DNA of 64,000 nucleotides from an uncultured beta proteobacterium (GTDB lineage: Bacteria; Pseudomonadota; Gammaproteobacteria; Burkholderiales; Casimicrobiaceae). The notes under the pieces are model-generated. The model did no database searches and was not told the origin of the DNA. It saw nothing but the letters and a program-made list of their open reading frames with translations. The position numbers were made by a program, and so were the translations under genes. Each line of letters begins with the position of its first letter. Within the stretch, counting starts at the first letter, position 1. Positions 21,080 to 31,645 of this stretch are shown piece by piece. The stretch covers positions 3,096 to 67,095 of the forward strand of contig CAVVRH010000015.1 in NCBI GenBank assembly GCA_963750585.1, in the 5' to 3' direction.

Positions 21080-22530
21080 GCGCAAGCAAGGGGCGGCGGG
21101 CGCTCGTCTGGTTCCGGCGCGACCTCCGCGAGGACGACCACGCGGCGCTCGCTCTGGCGCTGACACACGCGCACCATGTCTATTGCGCGTTCGTGTTCGA
21201 CCGCGAAATCCTGGACGCGCTTCCCGCTCGGATGGACCGTCGGGTGGAGTTCATCCACGGAAGTGTCCTCGCGCTGGATCGCGCGCTTCGTGAACGCGGC
21301 GGCGGACTGATTGTGCGCCACGCGGTCGCTCGCCATGCGATACCGGCACTGGCGCACGAACTCGGTGTGGAGGAGGTCTACGCGAATCGCGACTACGAGC
21401 CCGCGGCGATCGCGCGCGATGCCGCCGTCGAGGCTGCGCTGGCCGAGCTCGGGATCGCGTTCGTAAGCTGCAAGGATCAGGTGATCTTCGAACGCGACGA
21501 GATCGTGTCGCAAGCCGGCACGCCGTTCTCGGTGTTCACGCCGTACCAACGGGCATGGTTGCGCTCACTCACGCCGGAGCACGTTGCGCCACACGCGACC
21601 GGCTGCGGGGACGGGCGCCTGCGTTGCGTGCCTGCGCCTGCAGAGATTCCCACGCTGGCCGATCTCGGCTTCGCAGAGGCGGGCCTCGCGGCACTCGGAG
21701 TCCGGCCGGGCGTCGCCGGTGCGCGAGCGCTGCTCGCGGACTTCGAGCGACGCATCGACCACTATCACGAGACGCGTGACTATCCCGCGGTCAAAGGCCC
21801 ATCGTACCTCTCGGTGCACCTGCGCTTCGGCACCGTCTCGGCGCGCTCGCTCGCCGCGTTCGCGTACGCGCGCTCCCTGATGCCGGACGGGGAGGGAGCA
21901 GCAACGTGGCTCTCCGAACTGATCTGGCGAGAGTTCTATGCGCAGATCCTCTGGCATCATCCCATGGTGGTCGACCATGCGTTCAAGCCGGAGTACGAAG
22001 ACCTCCCCTTCCCGAACGACCCGGAGCGCCTCGCCGCGTGGCGCGAAGGACGAACGGGTTATCCGATTGTCGACGCCGGCATGCGCCAGCTTGCGGCGAC
22101 GGGCTACATGCACAACCGCCTGCGCATGATCACCGCGAGCTTTCTCGTCAAGGACCTGCTGGTCGACTGGCGCGATGGCGAGCGGCATTTCGCGAATCTG
22201 CTGATCGACTACGACCTCGCATCCAACAATGGCGGCTGGCAGTGGGCCGCCTCGACCGGCTGCGACGCGCAACCTTACTTCCGCGTCTTCAATCCGGTCA
22301 CGCAGTCGCGCCGCTTCGACCCCGAAGGGAGGTTCATCCGTCGCTACGTGCCGGAAATCGCGGCCCTCGACAGCACCGAGATCCACGATCCCTGGAACGT
22401 GCCACCCGCGATCCAGCAGGCCAGGGGCGTATCGATCGGGCGCGACTATCCGCCGCCGATCGTCGATCACGCGAAGGCGCGCGATGACGCGCTCGCACTC
22501 TTCCGGCGCGCGCGCTCCAGGACGGCCTAG
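21076..22530 (+). CDS. phrB: Deoxyribodipyrimidine photolyase (class I-type)
   Basis: 'WFRRDLR..D', 'SYLSVHLRFG', 'GYPIVDAGMRQL', 'MHNRLRMI', 'DYDLASNNGGWQW'; GTG overlaps the phoD stop. Confidence 0.93.
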   Translation: MSASKGRRALVWFRRDLREDDHAALALALTHAHHVYCAFVFDREILDALPARMDRRVEFIHGSVLALDRALRERGGGLIVRHAVARHAIPALAHELGVEEVYANRDYEPAAIARDAAVEAALAELGIAFVSCKDQVIFERDEIVSQAGTPFSVFTPYQRAWLRSLTPEHVAPHATGCGDGRLRCVPAPAEIPTLADLGFAEAGLAALGVRPGVAGARALLADFERRIDHYHETRDYPAVKGPSYLSVHLRFGTVSARSLAAFAYARSLMPDGEGAATWLSELIWREFYAQILWHHPMVVDHAFKPEYEDLPFPNDPERLAAWREGRTGYPIVDAGMRQLAATGYMHNRLRMITASFLVKDLLVDWRDGERHFANLLIDYDLASNNGGWQWAASTGCDAQPYFRVFNPVTQSRRFDPEGRFIRRYVPEIAALDSTEIHDPWNVPPAIQQARGVSIGRDYPPPIVDHAKARDDALALFRRARSRTA

Positions 22531-22531
22531 C

Positions 22532-23377
22532 GTGCGCCTGCGCGTTCACCACGAGACGGTCTATGAGTATCCGGAGCCTGTCGAGCTCGGCCCCCAGCTC
22601 CTGCGGCTTTCACCACGCGACGACGCGACACAGCGGGTGATCTCCCAAGAACTCTGGGTCGATCCGGCGCCGGCGCGCAGAACCTCCTATTGCGACGCGG
22701 CAGGCAACGCGGTCACTCGCTGCTGGTTCGCCGGCACGACGACGCGGCTCGCAATCACCAGCGCGTTCGAGGTGGAGACGTTGCGCCCGAACCCGTTCGA
22801 TTTTGCGCCGGACCCATCGTTCAACAACGTACCGGCGTTCTACCCGGAAGAGTTGCGGGCGCTGCTCGCACCGTACCGGGCGCGGGAGGCCGCCGGCGAG
22901 GATCCCGTCTGGCGCTTCGCACGCGAGTTGATCGCCGAATCGGACGCGACCCCGATGGGATTCGCGCTCGCGCTCACGCGTGCGATGAGCCGCGCGTTTC
23001 ACCCCTGCATCCGGGACGGTGGGCATGCGAGGATGCCGGCACAGACGCTTGCCGCGCGAACGGGCGCTTGCCGCGATCTCGCCGTGCTGTTTCTCGACGC
23101 CGCCCGCGCACTCGGACTCGCCGCACGCTTCGTCAGCGGCTATCGGCGCGGAGATCCGACCCGCGCCGACCGCCACCTGCATGCGTGGGTCGAGGTGTAC
23201 GTGGAAGGCGGCGGCTGGCGCGGCTTCGATCCGATCGAGGGTCTTGCCGTGCGCGACGACCACGTCGCCGTCGCAGCAGCGCCGACCCAGGCCGCGACAA
23301 TGCCGATCGAAGGCAGCTTCCGAGGCGGACGCGGCGCGTCAAAGCTCGTCTACAACGTCCGCATCGAGACCGGCTGA
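22532..23377 (+). CDS. Transglutaminase-like family protein
   Basis: 'RVHHET.Y.Y', 'GACRDLA', 'ARFVSGY', 'HAWVEVY', 'GWRGFDP' (Cys-His-Asp triad). Confidence 0.9.
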   Translation: MRLRVHHETVYEYPEPVELGPQLLRLSPRDDATQRVISQELWVDPAPARRTSYCDAAGNAVTRCWFAGTTTRLAITSAFEVETLRPNPFDFAPDPSFNNVPAFYPEELRALLAPYRAREAAGEDPVWRFARELIAESDATPMGFALALTRAMSRAFHPCIRDGGHARMPAQTLAARTGACRDLAVLFLDAARALGLAARFVSGYRRGDPTRADRHLHAWVEVYVEGGGWRGFDPIEGLAVRDDHVAVAAAPTQAATMPIEGSFRGGRGASKLVYNVRIETG

Positions 23378-23441
23378 ACCCTGGCTTGCGGATGGTTACC
23401 GTCGAATCTGACCTGAACGGCCAGATTGTGGTTTTCGCAGG

Positions 23442-25496
23442 CTAGTCTTCCTCGTGCTTCCGTTTCTTCTCGTACTCGGTTGCGAGCTGGGCCTGCACGT
23501 TCGGTGGCGCCTGCTCGTAGTGCGACAGCTCCATCGAAAATGCGCCGTGGCCCTGCGTCACCGACTTGAGGCGCGACGCGTAGCCATCGAGCTCGGAAAG
23601 CGGCGCGAGACCCGTAACGGAAACGCTGCCCCCCGACATCCCCGTGGTGCCGGTGACTTGCCCGCGGCGCGACGAAAGATCCCCGGTGATGTCGCCGGTG
23701 TTCGCCTCAGGGATGATGAATTCGGCGGATACGATGGGCTCGAGCACGATCGGCCGTGCCTTCGCCACGGCCTCCAGGAACGCCTTGCGCCCAGCCGACA
23801 CGAACGCGACTTCCTTCGAGTCGACCGGATGGTGCTTGCCGTCGAACACCGTCACCTTGACGTCCTGCATCGGGAACCCGGCGACCGCGCCGGTCGCGAG
23901 GACCTGCTCGACCCCCTTGCGCACCGCGGGCATGAACTGCTGGGGAATCACGCCGCCCTTGGTCGCGTCGATGAACTCGAAGCCGCCGCCGCGCGGCAGC
24001 GGCTCGACGCGCAGCGCGACCTCGCCGAACTGGCCTGCGCCACCCGTCTGCTTCTTGTGCCGATGGGTCGCCTCCGCGCTGCCGGTGATCGTCTCGCGAT
24101 AGGGAATGCGCGGCGGCCGCGTCTCGATCTCGATCTTGTACTGGCTCGCCATCCGTTCGAGCACCGTGCGCAGGTGCAGCTCACCGAGCGCGCGCAGCAC
24201 CGTCTCGCTTGTATGCGAATCGTATTCGTAGACGAGCGTGGGGTCCTCGGCGCACATGCGGTGCAGCACGTCGGAGAGGCGCTGCTCGTCGCCGCGTTTC
24301 TTCGGCGCGACCACGACCCCGTGCATGGGCTTCGGGAACTCGAGCGGTCGCATGTGCATGTGATCCTCGTCATGCGAGTCGTGCAGCACGCAGTCGAAGT
24401 CGATCTCGTCGACCTTCGCCACCGCGGCAATGTCACCGGGAACCGCGCGCTCGATTTCGACGTTCTTCACCCCCTGGAGCATGAACAGGTGGCCAACCTT
24501 GAACGGCTTGCGCCCGTCGCCGACAAAGAGCTGCGTATCTTTGGTGACGGTGCCCTGATAGACGCGAAAGATGCCGAGCTTGCCAACGAACGGGTCCATC
24601 ACGACCTTGAACACGTGCGCGAGCACGTGCTTGTTCGGATCGGGTTCCGAGCGAAACTCCTCCCTGCCGTCGCCCTCGCCACGATAGAAGAGCGGCGGGT
24701 TGCCCTCCAGCGGCGTCGGCAGCAGCCTTTCGACGATTTCGAGGAGTTCGGGCACGCCTGCGCCGTTGCGCGCGCTGACGAAGCACACGGGAATCAGATG
24801 CCCTTCGCGCAGCGCCTTCTCGAACGGCGCGTGCAGCTGCTCGGGAGCGATCTCCTCGCCCTGCTCGAGGTACTGCGCCATCAAATCCTCGTCGACCTCG
24901 ATCACCTGGTCGATCAGCGCCTGGTGCGCCTGCGAAACCGAGGAGAAGTCAGCCTCGCCGGCTGGATTGAAGAAGCAATCCACGACCCGCTTGCCACCCT
25001 CCGCAGGCAGGTTGATCGGCAGGCATTCCTTGCCGAACGACGCCTGCAGCGAAGTCAGCAGCCCCGGCAAGTCCACGTTCTCCGCGTCGATCTTGTTGAC
25101 GACGATGAGCCTGCAGAGGTTGCGCTTGCCGGCCTGCTCCATCATGCGCTGCGTGATCATCTCGATCCCGGCCTGCGCATTGATGACGACCGCCGCCGTC
25201 TCCACCGCGTCGAGCGCACCGATCGCCTGGCCGATGAAGTCCGGGAAGCCGGGCGTATCGATCATGTGCACGCGCGTACCGTCCGCGTCGAGATGCGCAA
25301 TCGACGCGCGCAGCGAATGCTGCCAGGTCTTCTCCAGTGGATCGTGATCGGAGACCGTCGTGCCACGCTCGACACTGCCGACCGCGGTGATCATGCCCGC
25401 CTGCTTCAGCAGGGCCTCGGCCAGAGTGGTCTTGCCGGAACTGCCGTGACCGACCAGGGCAAGCGTGCGAATGTTCTCGGTGGCGTATTCCGCCAT
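23442..25496 (-). CDS. Elongation factor G paralogue (EF-G-like)
   Basis: 'GHGSSGKTT', 'DTPG.PDF', 'NKID', 'PYRETI', 'HKKQTGGAGQFG', 'DGKHHPVDS'; outside any str operon. Confidence 0.92.
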   Translation of the reverse strand: MAEYATENIRTLALVGHGSSGKTTLAEALLKQAGMITAVGSVERGTTVSDHDPLEKTWQHSLRASIAHLDADGTRVHMIDTPGFPDFIGQAIGALDAVETAAVVINAQAGIEMITQRMMEQAGKRNLCRLIVVNKIDAENVDLPGLLTSLQASFGKECLPINLPAEGGKRVVDCFFNPAGEADFSSVSQAHQALIDQVIEVDEDLMAQYLEQGEEIAPEQLHAPFEKALREGHLIPVCFVSARNGAGVPELLEIVERLLPTPLEGNPPLFYRGEGDGREEFRSEPDPNKHVLAHVFKVVMDPFVGKLGIFRVYQGTVTKDTQLFVGDGRKPFKVGHLFMLQGVKNVEIERAVPGDIAAVAKVDEIDFDCVLHDSHDEDHMHMRPLEFPKPMHGVVVAPKKRGDEQRLSDVLHRMCAEDPTLVYEYDSHTSETVLRALGELHLRTVLERMASQYKIEIETRPPRIPYRETITGSAEATHRHKKQTGGAGQFGEVALRVEPLPRGGGFEFIDATKGGVIPQQFMPAVRKGVEQVLATGAVAGFPMQDVKVTVFDGKHHPVDSKEVAFVSAGRKAFLEAVAKARPIVLEPIVSAEFIIPEANTGDITGDLSSRRGQVTGTTGMSGGSVSVTGLAPLSELDGYASRLKSVTQGHGAFSMELSHYEQAPPNVQAQLATEYEKKRKHEED

Positions 25497-25725
25497 TCCT
25501 CTCTCCTTCAATGCCTCGTTTGCGATGCGAACCGCCCCGAATTTACCCTGCCCGGGAAGCGCCGGCCACCCCGCCAAGTCAACGGCGGGCCGGTTCTATG
25601 TGCTGGGACGCGGGAAATCCCGCGGTTCGCCGGCTGGCGAAGGAATTCCGGCCACGGCGCTGCGCGGGGTTGCGTGGGTCCCGATTCCGCGCGAAGCGGC
25701 CGCTGCCGCCGCCCGCCGCGCCAAA

Positions 25726-25757
25726 GCAAAACGGCGCGGATGACCGCGCCGCTTTGC
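25726..25757 (-). terminator. Intrinsic terminator after chpA
   Basis: Stem CGGCGCGG/CCGCGCCG followed by TTTTGCTTT on - strand. Confidence 0.6.
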
Positions 25758-25773
25758 AAGTGCTCCCGACTTC

Positions 25774-28700
25774 TCAGGCGGACTGTGCGATGCCAAGCAT
25801 CTCGCGCAGGTTGCGAACCAGGTCTTCTTCCTGGAAGGGCTTGCCGAGGTACAGGTCGACACCGAGTTCGGCGGCGCGGGCGCGATGCTTCTCCGCGGTC
25901 CGTGAGGTGATCATGATGATCGGGATGTGCGACGTCTTCGAGTCGCTCTTGATCGTCTTGGTGAACTCGAATCCGTCCATTCGAGGCATCTCGATGTCGA
26001 GCAGGATCACGTCCGGCAGCTGCTCGCCCAGGACCTGCAACGCGTCGACGCCATCCTTCGCGGTGATCACCTTGAAGCCTTCGCGCGCCAGCAGGCGGCT
26101 CGTGATCTTGCGCACCGTCAGCGAGTCGTCCACCACCATCACGAGTGGCGGACCCTCCGCTGCGGGTGCCGGCACCGCCCCCCGGGCCACTTGCACTTCG
26201 GCGTTGGGATCGAATGGCTGGATGTCCGCGCGTTGCGCGAGTTGCACCGGGTTGATGATCAGCACGATCTCGCCCGAGCCGAGCACCGTGGCTCCGGAAA
26301 TGCCGGACACACGGGCAAGCTGCGGCCCGATGTTCTTCACGACGATTTCCTGGTTGCCGATCATCTCGTCGACATGGATTGCCGCACACACGGGGCCGCT
26401 GCGCAGCAACAGCACCGGGTTGTAGCGCGCCGTCTCGGGGTTGTGCGAGAGATCGCCCAGGAGTCGCGGGAGGTAGTGGAGGGGATACGTTCGTCCCTGC
26501 CATTCGACGGCGTGCTTCACGTAAAGCTTTAGCAGCGCGTCGGCCTTGATCTGCTGCACCTGCTCGACCATCGGCGCCGGCATCGCCCAGAGGCGGCCGC
26601 CCGCGCGCACGAGCACCGCCTGCGCAACGGCCAACGTGAGTGGCAGCGACAGCGTGAACGTCGTCCCGCGACCGATTTCGGTCGTCACCTCCACCCGGCC
26701 ACCGAGGGCAGCGATATCCGAGCGCACGACGTCCATGCCGACGCCACGACCCGAGATCTGCGTCAATTTCGCCGCCGTCGTGAAGCCCGGGCGGAAGATG
26801 AACTCGAGCAGCTGTGCATCGGTCGCCTGCGCATCGGCAGCGAGCAACCCGAGCGAGCGCGCCTTTTCGGCGATGCGCGCAAGTTCGATTCCCGCGCCGT
26901 CGTCCGTGATCTCGATCACGATTTCGTTGCCCGCCTGTCGAGCGGTCAGCGCGATCTCCCCGGTCTCGGGCTTGCCTGCGGAGCGGCGCGTCTCGCGGGA
27001 CTCGATGCCGTGGTCGAGTGCATTGCGCAGCAGATGCTCGAGCGGACCCGCGAGCTTCTCCAGCACCGAGCGGTCGAGCTCGGTCTTGCCACCGATGATC
27101 TCGAGGTTCGCGCGCTTGCCCAGGTCCTTCGCGGTCGCGCGAACGATCCGGTAGAGACGCTCGGAGAGGCTTCCGAATGGCACAGTCCGGATCGCGAACA
27201 GCTGTTGCTGCACGTCGCGCGACAGCCGCGCCTGCGCAAGCAGCGCCGCGTCGACGTCGTCCAGGTTGCGCAACAGCGACTGCTGCACGGTGGAGACGTC
27301 GTTCACGCCTTCCGCGAGCGAACGCGTGAGCTCCTGGAAGCGCGTGAAGCGATCGAATTCGAGCGGGTCGTATTCACCCTGTTGCGTCTGCACCTGCGTG
27401 AGGCGCGACTGGATCTGCGATTCGCCCTGGATCTCGATCTCGCGCACCTGGTTGCGCAGCCGGATGACGCTGCTCGTGAGTTCGAGCAGGTTGGCCTTCA
27501 GCGCGCGCAGCTCGCCTTCGATGCGGGCTCGCGTGATCGTGACTTCGCCCGCCTCGTTCACCAGACGGTCGATCGTGTCGGCGCGCACGCGGAGCATTGC
27601 CCGCGGGCCGGCTTCGGCTTCCGTCGTATCGCCGCGGGCAGCCGTGGCTGCAGCGGCAAGGCCGCCCGCGGCCGGGGCCGCGGGTGTTGCCAGCGCGGGA
27701 ATGGCAGGCACCGCCGGGGACGCGAGCGGGACCACGATTTGCCGCTCCGCCGCGGGCGCGACTGGCGCCGCGGTCGGGGCCGATGCGGCGGACGTGTGGG
27801 CGGCAACCTCCGGTGGCGTCTCCCCCACGACCTCGTCGCCGCCGACCCACGGCAGCGGAGCGTTCAGTTCGCCATGGCGCAGCTTGTCGAGCACATACGC
27901 TATGCGGTCGAGGTCGGTGTCGAGCGCCTCGAACAGTTCGGGCGTAGCCTGGGCCAGTCCGTCGCCGGCGAGCAAACGCGACTCCATCACGTGCGTCAGT
28001 TCGCCAAGCCGCATTGCGCCGGCCATGCGCGCGCTGCCCTTGAACGTGTGGAGCGTGCGTCGCAATTGCTGCGCCGACACCTCGTCGTGCGGCGCGCGGC
28101 GCCAAGTGCGAAGCTGCTCCCCCGCTGCCGGGAACAGCTCCGCGGCTTCTTCGAGAAAGATCGAGAGCACCTGCTCGTCGACCTCGTCGCGGATCGCCGC
28201 AAGCGACTCGTCAGGGCGTGGCGGCGCGGGCAGCACCGGTTCTTCCGTGGCCGCCCCTTGCGCGGCCTGCGAATCCGCCGACCCCGGCTTGCCAGCCGTC
28301 TGGTCATCGTCCCGCGCCGCGGCGTGCGCCGCTGCGGTCTCGGCGTCCACCTCACCCTCGGCCATTGCTTCCGCGCGCAACTGGTCGAGCTCTGCCTGGA
28401 TCTCGCGTGCTTCGTCGGAGTCGTGCGTGCTGAACGGCGTCTTGCGCTCGATTCGGCCGACCAGCATCCGCAGGCCGGCGACGGCGCGCGCGAGCAACGG
28501 CAACGCGCTTCCCGGAAGCGGCACGCCGCGCTGCTCGAGCGCGATCAGCGCCAGCTCCAGCGACTTGGCCGTGGTGGCAACGAGGTCGAAACCACCGGTG
28601 CGGTGGATGCCGCACAACGTGTGGCTCGCGCGGATCATCGCCGCCGACGGTCCCACCTGCGCATCGAACTGCAGCACGCCGAGGTCGTGGTCGAGCGTTG

Positions 28701-31578
28701 CCAGATGCTGCTGGGCCTCGTCAATCAGGATCCGGTACAGCGACGTGGAAAGCGTCACGTCACCGATCGTCGTCTCATCGCTTTCGGATGCCAGCGGAAA
28801 GGCCTCCCCCCGCTCCTCGCGCGATGGCGACAGGTCATGGTCAGACGCGGCGTGCGGCTGAGAGACAATGCGCGTGTTGTCCGCGACGAGCTTCAGCACG
28901 GGCGCGGACGACTCCGGTGGCCGCAGGTCCGCGAAGTCGATGGTCTCGTGGTCCTCGATCTCGACCAGCGGTGCGTCACCGGTCCCGAACCCGAGCTCGG
29001 GAAACTCGATCACCTCACTCGTCGGCGCCAATGCCGATGCGTCAGGCGCCGTCGCCTCGTTCAGGGGCTCCTCGGCGACAACCGGCAAATCCGCCTTCGA
29101 TGGTGGTACCGTGGGCGGCGGGACGAGCGCGATCGAGGGGGCCGGGGCCGCGCCGTGACTGCCGATCACCGAGGACGTGCCGGGCAATTCGGATTCCACC
29201 CGCCGTATCGACCTGTGAATGGCTGCCGGATCGGTGGTGACGCGCCCCGTCGTTCGCAGCAGGTTCACCCATTTGCGAAAGCTCGCCTCCGCGGTCTCGA
29301 TCATCGCGAGTACCGCGCCGGTCACCGGACGCTCTTCCTCGAGCAACCGGTTGTGAATCTTCTCGACTTCGTATGCGATCTCGCCTAGGTCGGTCAGGCC
29401 GACCATCCGGCCGGAGCCCTTCAACGTGTGGAAGCCACGGCGCACGGTGTTCAGCGCCTCGCGGTCGCCAGGATTTCGCGTCAGCAGCGCATGATGCTCG
29501 GCAACGCCATCCAGCACCTCGGCCGCCTCCTCGAGATAGATGTCGAGCAGTTCGGCGTCGAACCCGCTGGCGTCCACCTCGAGAAGCCGCTGGGTTTCCT
29601 CGGAGATCTCTGGAGCGGGTGCCGAAGTCTCGGCGATCGCGTCCACGGCAGCAGCGAGCGCGTGGCCGCCGTTTGCGAGTTCCTGAATCGCGGCATCGGC
29701 CTGTGCGGCCAGGTCCTTGTCGCCGATCAGCTCCGCGTCGTCCTTCAGACCCGCGAGTTTTCGCTTCAGGTCCGCGCGTACCGCCGGGTCCGCGGCATCG
29801 TGATGCGCCGCCTCGACGAGCTTCGGCAGTTCGGCACGCAGCGCGGCGACCGCGGATTCGACCGACTCCGCTTCCTCGACCGGTTGCGCAGGTGCTTCGC
29901 CAAGGCGTTTGGCAAGCAGGGGGGCGATCAGGCGGTCACGATCCGGACGCTGCTGCTCGACCGCCTCGATATAGAAGCCCAATCCCGAAAGGGACTCCGC
30001 GAGCAGTTCCAGGTCGTCGTTGTTGACGGGTGTTTCGGGATCCGCGTAGGCCTCGATCTGCTGCTGGCACAACGCGAGCAGCTGGTCGGCAGCCTCCAGC
30101 CCGAGGATCCGCAACGCACCGCGTATCTGGGTGCTGTCCTTGGTGAGCGAGGCCAGCTCGGCGCGCTTGCCGTTGTCGCGGAAGAACGCGTCCAGCACCT
30201 GTTCCATGTGGCGCAGGTTGGCCTGGATCTCGCGGCCAACCTGCGCGAGCAGCACGCGCTCCTGCGCACGCCTGCTCATCTCGTCCAGCGCCTGTGCGCC
30301 GCCGCCGGGCGGCAAGCGGCCTGCACGCACCGCATCGAGACGCGCGAGCATCGCGTCCACCTGCTGCGTGAATTCCGGCACGAGCTTCGTGTAGTTCTCG
30401 AACGCGCTTTCGGCGAGCAGCAGCGCGGTCGCGTATTCCATCGCGAGGGGCTCCGAAATCGCGCCCGAGGGCATGCGGTCGAGACGCTCCACCAGCGCAG
30501 AGGTGAGCTTCATCAGCGCACCATGCTTCATCTCCACTGCCTTCGCATGCACCGAGCTCAGCGTCTGCTTGAGCTTGCCGAGGTTCTCGGCGCGCCCCGA
30601 CGCGAACTTGAGCCAGGTGTCCTTGACCCCGGCCAGTTGCTCGCGCGCCTCGCGCACGAGCGGTTGCATGCCAACCACGTCGGCGTTGATCGCGTCGGCC
30701 GACGGAATCAATCCGGAGAGTCTGAACGCGCGCTGCACCGCCTGCACCTGGGGACCGACCGGCGCACTGATCGCGACGAAGTAGAGCACTTCGCGACGAA
30801 GTCGATCCGCAGCTTTGGCACTTCCCTCCAACACGCGGCGGATCTGCAGGTCAATGCGCGCGGCGAGCTGCTTCACCCCGAAGCCGCTCTCCAGACCGTG
30901 CTCGGTGATCGCCTCGAACAGCGCGCCGACCGTCCACCAGAACGCGCGCAGGCTGCCCTGGGACGTCGCATCCTCGATGTCCGCGATCGCCTCGCGCATC
31001 GACTTCGCGCCCTCACCATCTCCACGCAGCCACGCGAGCAATCCGCGCTGGTACAGACGGCGCTGCTTGACGAGATACGAAGGCAGCTTGTTCGCCGGAA
31101 CGACGTCGCGCGTCGAAGTCTTCGGCGCGCGCGGACTCAGGTCGGGATAGAAGAGGTCGGTGGGCGTCGCCGCGTGGATGCCACGCGAGCGTTGCAGCGC
31201 CTCGTACTCGGGATAGAGCTTGAGCGGAATCGGCGGCGCGCCGTTGGTGAGATCCGCGAGGAAGATCGCGAGCTTCCGGCACGCACGGTCGACCGCATCG
31301 CACGTCGGCCCGACCTCATCGCGCGGCATCTCCTCCAGCCGGGCCAGATGCCGCTCGATCTCGTCGGTATAAGCGACAACCGCGTCGAGACCCACCATCT
31401 GGATCGCGCCAGCCGCTTGGTGGACATGCATCCGCGCATGTTTGAGCGTAGTGAGGTCATCCGGCGCATTGCGGAACGCGGCGAGCGAATCGAGCCCGCG
31501 CGTCAGCGCCTGGTCGATCTCGCCCTGCACCCATGTGAGCGGACCGAGATCGAATTCAGGAGCGGTATCGTTTGCCAC
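25774..31578 (-). CDS. chpA: Pil-Chp CheA-like hybrid histidine kinase (multi-Hpt, HATPase, CheW, receiver)
   Basis: Hpt motifs 'FHTLKGSGRMVG' and 'LHTFKGSARMAG'; 'HLLRNALDHGIE', 'SGRGVGMDVV'; receiver 'VVDDS...LLDIEMP...KPF'. Confidence 0.95.
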   Translation of the reverse strand: MANDTAPEFDLGPLTWVQGEIDQALTRGLDSLAAFRNAPDDLTTLKHARMHVHQAAGAIQMVGLDAVVAYTDEIERHLARLEEMPRDEVGPTCDAVDRACRKLAIFLADLTNGAPPIPLKLYPEYEALQRSRGIHAATPTDLFYPDLSPRAPKTSTRDVVPANKLPSYLVKQRRLYQRGLLAWLRGDGEGAKSMREAIADIEDATSQGSLRAFWWTVGALFEAITEHGLESGFGVKQLAARIDLQIRRVLEGSAKAADRLRREVLYFVAISAPVGPQVQAVQRAFRLSGLIPSADAINADVVGMQPLVREAREQLAGVKDTWLKFASGRAENLGKLKQTLSSVHAKAVEMKHGALMKLTSALVERLDRMPSGAISEPLAMEYATALLLAESAFENYTKLVPEFTQQVDAMLARLDAVRAGRLPPGGGAQALDEMSRRAQERVLLAQVGREIQANLRHMEQVLDAFFRDNGKRAELASLTKDSTQIRGALRILGLEAADQLLALCQQQIEAYADPETPVNNDDLELLAESLSGLGFYIEAVEQQRPDRDRLIAPLLAKRLGEAPAQPVEEAESVESAVAALRAELPKLVEAAHHDAADPAVRADLKRKLAGLKDDAELIGDKDLAAQADAAIQELANGGHALAAAVDAIAETSAPAPEISEETQRLLEVDASGFDAELLDIYLEEAAEVLDGVAEHHALLTRNPGDREALNTVRRGFHTLKGSGRMVGLTDLGEIAYEVEKIHNRLLEEERPVTGAVLAMIETAEASFRKWVNLLRTTGRVTTDPAAIHRSIRRVESELPGTSSVIGSHGAAPAPSIALVPPPTVPPSKADLPVVAEEPLNEATAPDASALAPTSEVIEFPELGFGTGDAPLVEIEDHETIDFADLRPPESSAPVLKLVADNTRIVSQPHAASDHDLSPSREERGEAFPLASESDETTIGDVTLSTSLYRILIDEAQQHLATLDHDLGVLQFDAQVGPSAAMIRASHTLCGIHRTGGFDLVATTAKSLELALIALEQRGVPLPGSALPLLARAVAGLRMLVGRIERKTPFSTHDSDEAREIQAELDQLRAEAMAEGEVDAETAAAHAAARDDDQTAGKPGSADSQAAQGAATEEPVLPAPPRPDESLAAIRDEVDEQVLSIFLEEAAELFPAAGEQLRTWRRAPHDEVSAQQLRRTLHTFKGSARMAGAMRLGELTHVMESRLLAGDGLAQATPELFEALDTDLDRIAYVLDKLRHGELNAPLPWVGGDEVVGETPPEVAAHTSAASAPTAAPVAPAAERQIVVPLASPAVPAIPALATPAAPAAGGLAAAATAARGDTTEAEAGPRAMLRVRADTIDRLVNEAGEVTITRARIEGELRALKANLLELTSSVIRLRNQVREIEIQGESQIQSRLTQVQTQQGEYDPLEFDRFTRFQELTRSLAEGVNDVSTVQQSLLRNLDDVDAALLAQARLSRDVQQQLFAIRTVPFGSLSERLYRIVRATAKDLGKRANLEIIGGKTELDRSVLEKLAGPLEHLLRNALDHGIESRETRRSAGKPETGEIALTARQAGNEIVIEITDDGAGIELARIAEKARSLGLLAADAQATDAQLLEFIFRPGFTTAAKLTQISGRGVGMDVVRSDIAALGGRVEVTTEIGRGTTFTLSLPLTLAVAQAVLVRAGGRLWAMPAPMVEQVQQIKADALLKLYVKHAVEWQGRTYPLHYLPRLLGDLSHNPETARYNPVLLLRSGPVCAAIHVDEMIGNQEIVVKNIGPQLARVSGISGATVLGSGEIVLIINPVQLAQRADIQPFDPNAEVQVARGAVPAPAAEGPPLVMVVDDSLTVRKITSRLLAREGFKVITAKDGVDALQVLGEQLPDVILLDIEMPRMDGFEFTKTIKSDSKTSHIPIIMITSRTAEKHRARAAELGVDLYLGKPFQEEDLVRNLREMLGIAQSA

Positions 31579-31645
31579 GGCTTTGCCTCGAAGTCGCAAT
31601 TGACCTGCTGCTCAACGCAAGAGCCGCGCCAGGGTTCTTTCAAGT

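Noticed and set aside
23442-25496. EF-G paralogue as part of the Pil-Chp system
   Set aside because: Separated from chpA by a terminator and ~280 bp; secondary EF-G paralogues are widespread
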